Assembly: GCA_041577295.1 (NCBI GenBank) | Contig: JBFGJG010000020.1 | Location: 1-64,000, forward strand | Source of the DNA: Gemmatimonadales bacterium | Lineage (GTDB): Bacteria; Gemmatimonadota; Gemmatimonadetes; Gemmatimonadales; GWC2-71-9 | Direction: 5' to 3' | Length of the DNA stretch: 64,000 nucleotides | Part shown: positions 47,739-56,348 of the stretch, piece after piece | Layout: the number at the start of each line of letters is the position of its first letter | How positions within the stretch are numbered: the first letter of the stretch is position 1 | Position numbers and translations under genes: made by a program | The notes under the pieces: model-generated | The model's input: only the letters and a program-made list of their open reading frames with translations | Told to the model about the DNA's origin: nothing | Databases searched by the model: none

Positions 47739-48302
47739 CTATGCGCCACCCGCTGCGACGATGATGCGGCGTCGGTCGGGCAGAGGGATCGGTCGGCCAC
47801 GCCGGTCGCCCGCCTCGCGGTAGGCGTCGATGAAGCGGTGCACCAGGGTGTGAACCTCGGTGCGAAGCGAGGGGAGGTTTGCGGTTGGAGTCGTGCCGAG
47901 CAGCGAACCACCAGACCAGGTCCGCGTCCACGCGCCCTTGGAGGAGTCGCGCACCAAGACCGTCAGCTGTCGCAGTTCGATGGTCACGTTGTAAAGGTAC
48001 AGGTGGGGCGAGGGCTTGAGGAGCTGAAAGTTTACTTGCAGGGCCGGGTTGCCGATGAGGTCTGACCACTCGCGCTCCGTCAGCACAGTGACGTCGGCGT
48101 CGGCCAGCAGTCCTTCGATTTCTGCATACACGTCGTTCGCCGTGAGCCCATCACGCGCGGCCTCCGCCGTCAGTCCCTCCACCACTACCAGCACACCCGG
48201 GATCACTTCGAGGCTCGCGATGTCCATGGTTGGGCGGGTCTGCGCGTCGAGCGAACCCACGGTGATGGCGAGGGCCGTGAGGGCGAGGGTTGGACGGGGC
48301 AT
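47739..48302 (-). CDS. Secreted hypothetical protein
   Basis: Signal peptide MPRPTLALTALAITVGSLDA; VVVEGL...A.RDGLT; TWS..SL. Confidence 0.75.
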   Translation of the reverse strand: MPRPTLALTALAITVGSLDAQTRPTMDIASLEVIPGVLVVVEGLTAEAARDGLTANDVYAEIEGLLADADVTVLTEREWSDLIGNPALQVNFQLLKPSPHLYLYNVTIELRQLTVLVRDSSKGAWTRTWSGGSLLGTTPTANLPSLRTEVHTLVHRFIDAYREAGDRRGRPIPLPDRRRIIVAAGGA

Positions 48303-48314
48303 GGGAAACCTCAG

Positions 48315-48421
48315 GATTGCTGATTGCTGATTGCAGTTTATCGATCGTGATGGAACCGGACAATCTGTGATTATCAGTGTACAAGCTTCAATCTGCGACC
48401 TGCAATCAGCAATCAGCAATC
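48315..48421. repeat. 107-bp element with perfect 22-bp terminal inverted repeats made of GATTGCT heptamers
   Basis: GATTGCTGATTGCTGATTGCAG at 48315-48336 and its exact reverse complement at 48400-48421. Confidence 0.9.
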
Positions 48422-49707
48422 TTCATCTTCCGTCGTCTCATCAGGTAGTAACCACACCCGAGGAGTACGAAGGCACAAAACGCCGCCGCCGCTCGGGGTC
48501 CTTGAAGAACGGCGAGCACCACGAAACCCAAGGAGTACAGCACCAGACCCACTGACGCCGTCACTCGGAACGCGGGGCGGAGCGCGAAGTCGGCTGTTTG
48601 CCACCTCATCGGCGCGCGCGTGGGCATCACGTACACGGCAAGCGCGGCGAGAATCTGAATGATCATGAACCCGAGCACTGCCGCCGTGGCGTATTGGGTG
48701 ATCGTCCCACCCAACGCAACGCCGATCGCGGAAATGGTGCCGACCGTGAGAATGGCGCGGTAGGGTGTGAGGAACCGGGGGTGCACGGCCGCCAACCACA
48801 CGGGGAAGATCTGGTCCCTGGCCAGCGCATAGACGTCCCGCGATTGACCGAGCAGGATTCCGTTGAGTGTCGTGGCCGCCGCGAACAGGGCCCCCACCGA
48901 GATCCCGCTAGCGAGCCACCTGGGCAAGAACGTGCCCGCCGCCGTCGCTACCGGGGCGGTCGAGCCGGCGAGATCGGTCCACGGAATCAAGGCAGGCAGC
49001 GCCACCGCGACCATTGTGTAGAGCACGAGCACCCCGCCAAAGCTGATCGCCAGTGCCCAAGGGATGGTACGTGCCGGCCGTTCGATTTCGCCAGCGAGCT
49101 CCACGATGACGAGGAACCCGATGAACGAGAAGTACGCGGGGACCGCGGCGGCTGCCACCGGACCGAATCCGTTGGGGAATAGCGGGGTCATGAGTCGCCA
49201 GTCGGCCGACACCAACCCGCCGACACCAAAGAGCAAGAGGGCAAACACGAACCAACCAACCATGACACTCTGGGCTCGGACACTTGCTCTGGCTCCGGAG
49301 ACGTTGAGCAGCGTGAACGCCACGACCGATGCCAACGCCACCAATGAACGGTTCACTGGGAGAAAGAATGCCAAGTAGTCCGCAAAGCCGTACGCGACGA
49401 GGGCGACGCCAACGGCGATGCTGACGAGGATCACCCACACTACCAAGAAGCCCCAGAACGGCGACAGGATTCGGCTCACGGCGACGTAGGTCGCACCGCT
49501 CACGGGAAACACGCTTCCGATCTGTGCACTGACAAAGCACGAGAGCAGTGCCGGGACGGCAGCCAAGAGATATGCGACGACAAGCGCCGGTCCTGTGACC
49601 CCACCGAGCTCACCGGGCAGGATGAAGATGGACGCTCCCACGACGTAGCCCATGAGCGTGGCCGTGGCACCCCCAAGTCCGATCGTCCGTCGCATCTCGG
49701 TCGTCAT
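48406..49707 (-). CDS. APC family amino acid permease
   Basis: 12 TM segments; VGASIF.LPG, P.SG.TY, AGEIERP.RTIP, HPRF.TP. Confidence 0.93.
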   Translation of the reverse strand: MTTEMRRTIGLGGATATLMGYVVGASIFILPGELGGVTGPALVVAYLLAAVPALLSCFVSAQIGSVFPVSGATYVAVSRILSPFWGFLVVWVILVSIAVGVALVAYGFADYLAFFLPVNRSLVALASVVAFTLLNVSGARASVRAQSVMVGWFVFALLLFGVGGLVSADWRLMTPLFPNGFGPVAAAAVPAYFSFIGFLVIVELAGEIERPARTIPWALAISFGGVLVLYTMVAVALPALIPWTDLAGSTAPVATAAGTFLPRWLASGISVGALFAAATTLNGILLGQSRDVYALARDQIFPVWLAAVHPRFLTPYRAILTVGTISAIGVALGGTITQYATAAVLGFMIIQILAALAVYVMPTRAPMRWQTADFALRPAFRVTASVGLVLYSLGFVVLAVLQGPRAAAAFCAFVLLGCGYYLMRRRKMKIADC

Positions 49708-49827
49708 AGCTCCGACGATACTCGGCAGCCGTCGGCCAATCGACAAGTGCCGGCACCAACGACCGTTCCTGGCTCCCAAACGACGACCCTGCTATTCTCA
49801 TCCATTCTCTTCCCGGGCGCCCGCTGG

Positions 49828-51102
49828 ATGAGACGCTCATCGTGTTGGCATCTTGTACTTCTCGCCGTCGCAACGCTGTCGGCCTGTTGGGGATCCGGCA
49901 GCGGCGATGATTCCGTCGTGATCGGAGCACCGCTCTCGACGCACTACCTCTACGGGTGGGATGCGCAGCGCGGTATGCAGCTCGCCGTGGAGGAGATCAA
50001 CGCGGCTGGTGGCGTGCGCGTTGCGGACACCTACCGGCAGTTTCGTCTGGAAGTATTGGACACGCGCGATCTCGAGCCGGGTGTTCCGGTCTCGGAGGCA
50101 TTACTCGTCCTCGAGAAGCTCATTCTGGAGAAACGAGCGGACGTGATCATGGGCGGACCGATCCGCTCCGAGGCCGCACTCGCGGCCATGGACATTCTGG
50201 CGCGTCATCGAACGGTCTCGATCCTCACCACCGGGGCGCTTTCGCCCGCGTATCATGCACGGATCGCTGAGGATCACGACCGCTACAAGTATCTCTTCCG
50301 GATTACCAGTGAGGCGGTCACGCTCGCCGGTGAGGCAGTCGATCTCTTCGAACATCTGAGGCGGGAGCACGGCTTCGACCGCGTGTTCATCATGGTACAA
50401 GATGTGGCCCACGCCCGGGCGATCGCCGGAATCGTCGAGCAGCGGCTGGTCGAGAAGGGGTGGCAGCTCGTGGGCAATGAGGTCTATCCAACCGGTGCCG
50501 CCGATTACTCGACGGGACTGCTCAAGGTGCAGCGCGGCGGTGCGCAGGTGCTCTTCGTGTGGATGGATCATCCTGAGATCGCCGGGCTTGTGAGGCAGTG
50601 GAGAGAGCTTCGCATCCCCGCCTTGCCCGTGGCGGGCATCTCGAGTGCCGTGGAGCAACCGGGCGCGTGGGACGCAACTGAAGGTGCCGTGCAATACTGG
50701 ATTGCGTCACCGGCGAACGCCGGCAATGCGCCATCCGATGCCACGCCCCTTACCATGCCGTTCTACCGCGCCTACACCGAACGATGGAACGTGGAGCCGG
50801 AGGGCTACGGCACTGCCAGCAGCTACGTGGGGGTCTACGTGCTCAAGGATGCGATCGAGCGGGCAGGAACGCTGGAGCCCGACTCGCTGGTGCGTGCGCT
50901 CGAGGCCACCGATCTGATGAGCGTCTATGGGCGTATTCGTTTCGATTCACTCGATCACCAAGTGCGTCCAAGCTACGACCCAATGGAAGGTGCCGTGGGG
51001 ACCTGGTTTCAGTGGCACGAAGGACAGCGTGTCGTGGTCTGGCCGCCTACGATAGCCAGAGGTGCCGTGGTCGTCCCCCCGTGGCTCTCCACCTCGCCGT
51101 GA
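49828..51102 (+). CDS. Liv-type ABC transporter substrate-binding lipoprotein
   Basis: Lipobox LSAC; LAVEEINAAGG; Y.FRI; LKDAIERAGT. Confidence 0.92.
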   Translation: MRRSSCWHLVLLAVATLSACWGSGSGDDSVVIGAPLSTHYLYGWDAQRGMQLAVEEINAAGGVRVADTYRQFRLEVLDTRDLEPGVPVSEALLVLEKLILEKRADVIMGGPIRSEAALAAMDILARHRTVSILTTGALSPAYHARIAEDHDRYKYLFRITSEAVTLAGEAVDLFEHLRREHGFDRVFIMVQDVAHARAIAGIVEQRLVEKGWQLVGNEVYPTGAADYSTGLLKVQRGGAQVLFVWMDHPEIAGLVRQWRELRIPALPVAGISSAVEQPGAWDATEGAVQYWIASPANAGNAPSDATPLTMPFYRAYTERWNVEPEGYGTASSYVGVYVLKDAIERAGTLEPDSLVRALEATDLMSVYGRIRFDSLDHQVRPSYDPMEGAVGTWFQWHEGQRVVVWPPTIARGAVVVPPWLSTSP

Positions 51103-51120
51103 CCCACTAGGCATCCATCG

Positions 51121-51990
51121 ATGCTCGGGGTGCTCGTCTACGGGTTCGTCAACAGTCTCATCCTCGCGCTCACAGCTATCGGGTTCTCGCTGACCTACGG
51201 GATCAGCCGAATCCCCAACTTCGCGCACGGCGCGTTTTACGTCCTGGCTGGGCTTTTCACCTGGCTGTTGTTGAACCATCTAGGCGTGCCGTTGGTCGGT
51301 GCGATGGCCATTGCCATCACGCTGAACGGACTGCTCGGCGCGGCGCTCTATCGCGGTGTCCTCGTGCGCGTGCGAGGGATTCCGCTGGCGGAGGTGATCG
51401 TCACCTTTGTCATTGGCATCGCCGCGCTCGAAGCGCTGCGCTACTTCGGACTGGTCGGAGCGAGCTACGGTTTGCCCGGCCTCGCCAGCGGACGCGTGGA
51501 CGTGCTGGGCGTGCCAGTAGATGGGCAGCGTCTCGTGATCGTCGTCGTCGGTCTTACAACGGGTGTGCTGCTTTGGCTCGTCAGTCACCGCACCCGTTGG
51601 GGCCTGGCGTTGCGCGCCATCGCCCAAGACGAGGAGGCGGCTATGATGGTCGGGGTCAATGCCGACCATGCCGCGACGCTTGCCGTGGGGCTTGGAGCGG
51701 CGCTCGCGGCTGTGGCCGCCGTTGTCATCGTGCCCTTGAGCTACGTCGCGGCCGAGGCCGGAGGCACCGTCCTCGTGACGTCGATCGCGGTCTGCATCGT
51801 CGGCGGTCTCGGCAGTACAATGGGCGTGCTCGCTGGCAGCCTTCTAATCGGGTACACACAGACGCTTTCCGTCGAGCTGTTTGGGCCGCACCTCCAGATG
51901 ATCGTGGCACTCCTCGCCATCCTGATCACGTTGATCGTCCGGCCATCGGGTCTCTTTGGCCAGCAGAAGGCTCTCGAGGAGCGCGTCTGA
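51121..51990 (+). CDS. Liv-type ABC permease (LivH-like)
   Basis: NFAHG, GLALRAIAQD, GGLGS, RPSGLFG. Confidence 0.93.
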   Translation: MLGVLVYGFVNSLILALTAIGFSLTYGISRIPNFAHGAFYVLAGLFTWLLLNHLGVPLVGAMAIAITLNGLLGAALYRGVLVRVRGIPLAEVIVTFVIGIAALEALRYFGLVGASYGLPGLASGRVDVLGVPVDGQRLVIVVVGLTTGVLLWLVSHRTRWGLALRAIAQDEEAAMMVGVNADHAATLAVGLGAALAAVAAVVIVPLSYVAAEAGGTVLVTSIAVCIVGGLGSTMGVLAGSLLIGYTQTLSVELFGPHLQMIVALLAILITLIVRPSGLFGQQKALEERV

Positions 51991-51995
51991 GGCCC

Positions 51996-52994
51996 GTGCG
52001 TCGAAAAGAGCGGATAGACCGGCCAATCAAGGTGCTCACCGACGGCATCTACGCACTTAGTTCGGGCCGACACCTCCTGTATCTTCTCGGTCCCCGCGTC
52101 GCGCCCGTCCTCATCCTGATCGCACTCGTCGTCGCAGTTCCCAATCTGTACATCCAACGCGTGATCGCGATCGCGGCCGTCTACGCTCTCCTCGCTCTCA
52201 GCTGGGACTTCCTCGCGGGGACGACCGGCTTGATCTCGCTCGGTCAAGCGTTGTTTTTCGGTGTCGGCGCCTACGCCACCGCGATCGGGAACACGCTGCT
52301 GGGACTCCCCCCCGTCGTCTCCGTGTTGGTGAGTCCGGTCGTCGCAGGCGCGTTCTGTACCGGGTTACTCGTGCCCTGTCTGGGGCTTCGCGGGATCTAC
52401 TTTTCGATGACGACGCTGGTCTATCCGTTGCTCTTGGCACGCGTGGTCGAGGCCACAAGGGTGCTCGGTGGCACCGACGGCATCTTGGGAGTTGCGCCAC
52501 TCGCCCCGTGGCTTGAGCGGTCCATTGTTGTGGTGATGCTCCTCGGAGGGGTCATCGCGCTTCGCCGCTTGCTCGCCACCGATTTGGGCTTGGTGTTACG
52601 AGCGATTGGCGACGACGACCTCGCCGTGCACGCATCCGGGATCGACGTGAAGCGCTATCAAATCATCGCGATCTTCATTTCCGCGACGCTGGGCGCATTT
52701 GCGGGCGCGTATTTCACCCATCTCTATATGGTCGTAGGCATCTCGGCGTTTGCGCTCGATCTTTCGATTCTGCCGATCGCCGCGGCCGTTCTCGGTGGGA
52801 TTGGAACGTTGGTCGGTCCCGTATTGGGTGCCATGATTCTGGTCCCCCTGTCCGAAGCGGCGAGAGACCTGGGATCGCTCCGAATGGTGGTGTACAGCGT
52901 CCTCCTCGTGATGATGATTCTGTGGAAGCCGGAGGGATTCCTGAGCTTCTTCCGGCGCAAGTACGAGCAGGTTGAACGCTGGGTGGATGTATGA
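51996..52994 (+). CDS. Liv-type ABC permease (LivM-like)
   Basis: SLGQALFFGVGAY, LRGIYF, GGTDG, GGIGT..GP; GTG start inferred. Confidence 0.92.
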   Translation: MRRKERIDRPIKVLTDGIYALSSGRHLLYLLGPRVAPVLILIALVVAVPNLYIQRVIAIAAVYALLALSWDFLAGTTGLISLGQALFFGVGAYATAIGNTLLGLPPVVSVLVSPVVAGAFCTGLLVPCLGLRGIYFSMTTLVYPLLLARVVEATRVLGGTDGILGVAPLAPWLERSIVVVMLLGGVIALRRLLATDLGLVLRAIGDDDLAVHASGIDVKRYQIIAIFISATLGAFAGAYFTHLYMVVGISAFALDLSILPIAAAVLGGIGTLVGPVLGAMILVPLSEAARDLGSLRMVVYSVLLVMMILWKPEGFLSFFRRKYEQVERWVDV

Positions 52995-53764
52995 GTGGGC
53001 GCGGAACCGCGCTGCGGATCGAGCGTCTCTCCAAGCACTTTCGTGGCGTGCAAGCGCTGCGCGACGTGAGCCTTGTGGTGCCCAGAGGAGAAATCGTGGG
53101 CATCATTGGTCCCAACGGGTCGGGCAAGACGACACTCGTGAACGCGATCACGGGCTTCGTGCGCCCCGACCATGGGAGCATCTGGTTTGACCACCGGGAC
53201 CTCGCCCGGATGCCTCCTCATGCGATCGCGTCCGCCGGCGTGGTTCGCACCTTCCAAACGGCGAGATCTTATCATGTGCTCTCCGCACTGGAAAGCGTCG
53301 TCGTTGCGCTGTACTCGCCGCGCGCTCGCGGATTCGACGCGCGAGGTCGCTGGGGCGAGCGTGCGAGCGTGGCGACGGATCTCCTCGAGGAGGTGGGATT
53401 CGAGCGCGATTCGTTCGTACCCGGCCGTGGGGTGGCGGCGCTTCCGCAAGGCTATCTCCGCCGCCTCGAGCTGGCCCGTTGTCTGGCAGTCCACCCCGAA
53501 GTCATCCTGGCCGACGAGCTGTTCTCCGGATTGAGCCCGGCGGAGATCGCGAGCGTGGTCCCCTTGATGGACAAGTTGCGAAGCGACGGCGTCACGCTCG
53601 TGCTCGTCGAGCATCGCCTGCGCGAACTCTTTCGGATCGCGGATCGAATCCTCGTCATGCGCGAGGGACGGTTGGTCCACGAAGCATCCCCGCGCGAGCT
53701 GATCCGCGACGACGCATTTCGCGAGCTGTATCTCGGTGAGGAGGTGGCGGATGCTAGCGACTGA
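52991..53764 (+). CDS. ABC ATPase (LivG-like)
   Basis: GPNGSGKT, RTFQ, DE, VEH, YLG. Confidence 0.93.
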   Translation: MSGRGTALRIERLSKHFRGVQALRDVSLVVPRGEIVGIIGPNGSGKTTLVNAITGFVRPDHGSIWFDHRDLARMPPHAIASAGVVRTFQTARSYHVLSALESVVVALYSPRARGFDARGRWGERASVATDLLEEVGFERDSFVPGRGVAALPQGYLRRLELARCLAVHPEVILADELFSGLSPAEIASVVPLMDKLRSDGVTLVLVEHRLRELFRIADRILVMREGRLVHEASPRELIRDDAFRELYLGEEVADASD

Positions 53765-54494
53765 GGACCTGCTGGTCTTCTACGAGAACGCGCTCGCCGT
53801 CAACAACGTCACGCTGACGGTGCGGGCTGGGGAGATCGTCGGCGTGTTTGGCCCCAATGGGGCGGGGAAGTCGACATTGCTCTACGCCATCACGGGCATC
53901 TTACGCGAGCGGGCGGTGAGGCAGGAGCGTCGTGGTGGCGAGCGAATAACCGTGCTGGGAAGAATCACGCTGCACGGTCAGGATCTAGACCGGCTGCCGC
54001 CCTGGGCACGCGTTGCCCGCGGACTCGTCCTGTGCCCGGAACGGCGGCGCGTGTTCCCCGAGAGCAGCGTCATGGAGAACCTGCGTCTCGGGGCGTATCG
54101 CCGTCGCGACCGGTGGGATGGTGAAACGCTCAACACCGTGTGGGAGATCTTCCCCGACCTATATAACCTTAAGACGCGGCTGGCTGGGTTCCTGAGCGGT
54201 GGTGAGCAACAGATGCTCGCGATTGCCCGCGCACTCATGGCGCAGCCAGAACTTTTGTTGGTGGACGAACCGTTACTCGGTCTCTCCCCTACCGCTCAGG
54301 CGGCTGTGATCGACGCGCTCGGGCGAATCGGCGCCACGGGCGTCACCCTCGTGATCGCCGAGCAACATGCGCGCGCCGTGCTTCCGCTGGTGACGAGCGG
54401 GTACGTCATCGAGAGCGGCGCCATCGCCGTGACAGGCACCGGAAGAGAGTTGATGGCCAACCCGCACGTGCGCGCTGCCTACTTCGGCACATGA
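53751..54494 (+). CDS. ABC ATPase (LivF-like)
   Basis: GPNGAGKST, LSGGEQQMLAIARAL, DEP. Confidence 0.93.
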   Translation: MLATEDLLVFYENALAVNNVTLTVRAGEIVGVFGPNGAGKSTLLYAITGILRERAVRQERRGGERITVLGRITLHGQDLDRLPPWARVARGLVLCPERRRVFPESSVMENLRLGAYRRRDRWDGETLNTVWEIFPDLYNLKTRLAGFLSGGEQQMLAIARALMAQPELLLVDEPLLGLSPTAQAAVIDALGRIGATGVTLVIAEQHARAVLPLVTSGYVIESGAIAVTGTGRELMANPHVRAAYFGT

Positions 54495-56152
54495 CTGCCG
54501 ATACGCACCACGCCGTTCGGGAAGAAGGGACGGTTCTCGGTGCCTTCGAGAAGAGCTGTCAGCGCCACGCCGACCAAGTAGCCCTCTGGTTTCTCGGACG
54601 AAAGTTTCGCTACCACGAACTTCGCGAACTGATGCAGCGATTCGCCGCTGGAGTCAGGCGGCTGGGGGTTGGGCCGGGGGACCGCGTTCTGCTCTACTTG
54701 CCCAATAGTCCTCAATGGATCATCACATACCTCGGGCTCCAATACCTGGGTGCCGTGCCCGTTCCGGTATCTCCGATTTACACCCCCCGTGAGCTCGTTT
54801 TTCTCGTGCAACACTCCGAGGCCGAGGTCGTCGTGTGTGCCGATACAAACTTCGGCTACGTGCGAGCCTTGGGTCAGGGGTCGCCGGTGCGCCACATCGT
54901 CGTCAGCGGTTTGTGTGACTTGCTTCCGTGGTGGAAACGTGCGATTGGTCGTGTGCTCGATCGCGTACCAACCGGGCGGGTCGGCCACGGTTCCGGTGTC
55001 CACTCGTTTCGCGAACTGTTGAGGCATCGACCACTCGAGCCAGCTCCGTCACCGCCCGCGCCGACGGCACTGGCCCACCTTCTGTACACCGGGGGAACAA
55101 CCGGCTTCCCTAAGGGTGTGCCACACACCCATCGTGAGCTGCTCAGCGGGATCGTAGGGCTCAGGGAGATGTACCGGGAAGCGTTGGTCGACGGGGAGAA
55201 CGTGCTGGTCGTGGCACTGCCTCTCTTTCACATGTTCACACAGGACATGCTGTTCGCGCTCGGCCTTCACCGGGGAAATACGGTGGTGCTGCTCCCCAAG
55301 CCCCTCACGGATGCCGTGCTGTCGGCTGTCGCGACGCGAAGGAAAACGCTGCTGATTGGCGTACCGGCGCTCTACCGGCGACTCCTGGATAACAAGCGTC
55401 TCGATTTTTACGACCTGTCGTCTCTCAGCGTGTGCTGGAGCGCCGGTGACGTGCTGCCACAGGAAACCGCCGCGGCTTGGCGCACGCGGACGGATCTGCC
55501 AATCCATCAGGTCTACGGTTCCACGGAAACGGTGTGCATCTCGGCAACGGGGCTCGACCGTGAACCGCAGCCCCCCGCCATGGGCCACGTGATTGAGACG
55601 AGAGAGGTACGGGTGGTGGACCCAGGCACGCTGCACGACGTGAACCCCGATACGCCCGGCGAGCTGCTAGTTGGATCGCCATACTCGTACGAGTGTGGTG
55701 GCTATTGGCATGATGCTGAGGAGACCGCGAGGACGTATGTGCGCTTGGATGACCGGCTCTGGTGCCGGACGGGTGACATCGTCAGTCTGCGATGGGATGG
55801 TCAGCTCGTGTTCGTGGACCGCCGGGCCGACATGATCAAACACAAGGGCTATCGGATTGCGGCATCGCGCGTTGAGTCGATCTTGCTGGACCACCCAGCC
55901 GTCACCGCCGCGGCCGTTGTTGGTGTGCCGGATCCCCTCGCTGGCGAGCTGGTCAAGGCGTTTGTCATTCTGGATGAGGCGGTGCGGGGTGTGACGGCTT
56001 TCGACCTGGTCCGACACTGCCGAGAGCGGCTTTTGCCGTACGAAGTACCGGAGTATATCGAGTTCCGCGATATGCTCCCGAAGTCCAAGGTTGGTAAACT
56101 CCTCCGTCGGGAGCTCAAAGCAGAAGAGCGGCGGCGTGCCGGTGGCCCCTGA
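54491..56152 (+). CDS. AMP-forming acyl-CoA ligase
   Basis: YTGGTTGFPKG, YGSTE, RTGD, DRR.DMIK, PKSKVGK. Confidence 0.94.
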   Translation: MTADTHHAVREEGTVLGAFEKSCQRHADQVALWFLGRKFRYHELRELMQRFAAGVRRLGVGPGDRVLLYLPNSPQWIITYLGLQYLGAVPVPVSPIYTPRELVFLVQHSEAEVVVCADTNFGYVRALGQGSPVRHIVVSGLCDLLPWWKRAIGRVLDRVPTGRVGHGSGVHSFRELLRHRPLEPAPSPPAPTALAHLLYTGGTTGFPKGVPHTHRELLSGIVGLREMYREALVDGENVLVVALPLFHMFTQDMLFALGLHRGNTVVLLPKPLTDAVLSAVATRRKTLLIGVPALYRRLLDNKRLDFYDLSSLSVCWSAGDVLPQETAAAWRTRTDLPIHQVYGSTETVCISATGLDREPQPPAMGHVIETREVRVVDPGTLHDVNPDTPGELLVGSPYSYECGGYWHDAEETARTYVRLDDRLWCRTGDIVSLRWDGQLVFVDRRADMIKHKGYRIAASRVESILLDHPAVTAAAVVGVPDPLAGELVKAFVILDEAVRGVTAFDLVRHCRERLLPYEVPEYIEFRDMLPKSKVGKLLRRELKAEERRRAGGP

Positions 56153-56348
56153 TTCGGCGTCACTGCGGTGGGTGGGTCAAGTCCAGCGGGATTTCTGTCG
56201 ATACAACTGATTGGGAGCTTTGGGCGGCGCGGCCAGCGGGCCCGCCACTGCCCGCGCGCGCCTCGGTAGCACCACGCCGCGGCGCCGCTTGGTGACGCGA
56301 GCGCCTCGAGTCCTCCGGACCGACGGCGTGCTACCCCTGTGACAGGCG

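Noticed and set aside
48315..48421. CRISPR array or tRNA
   Set aside because: The repeats are tandem 7-mers in inverted arms, with no spacers, no cas genes and no cloverleaf.
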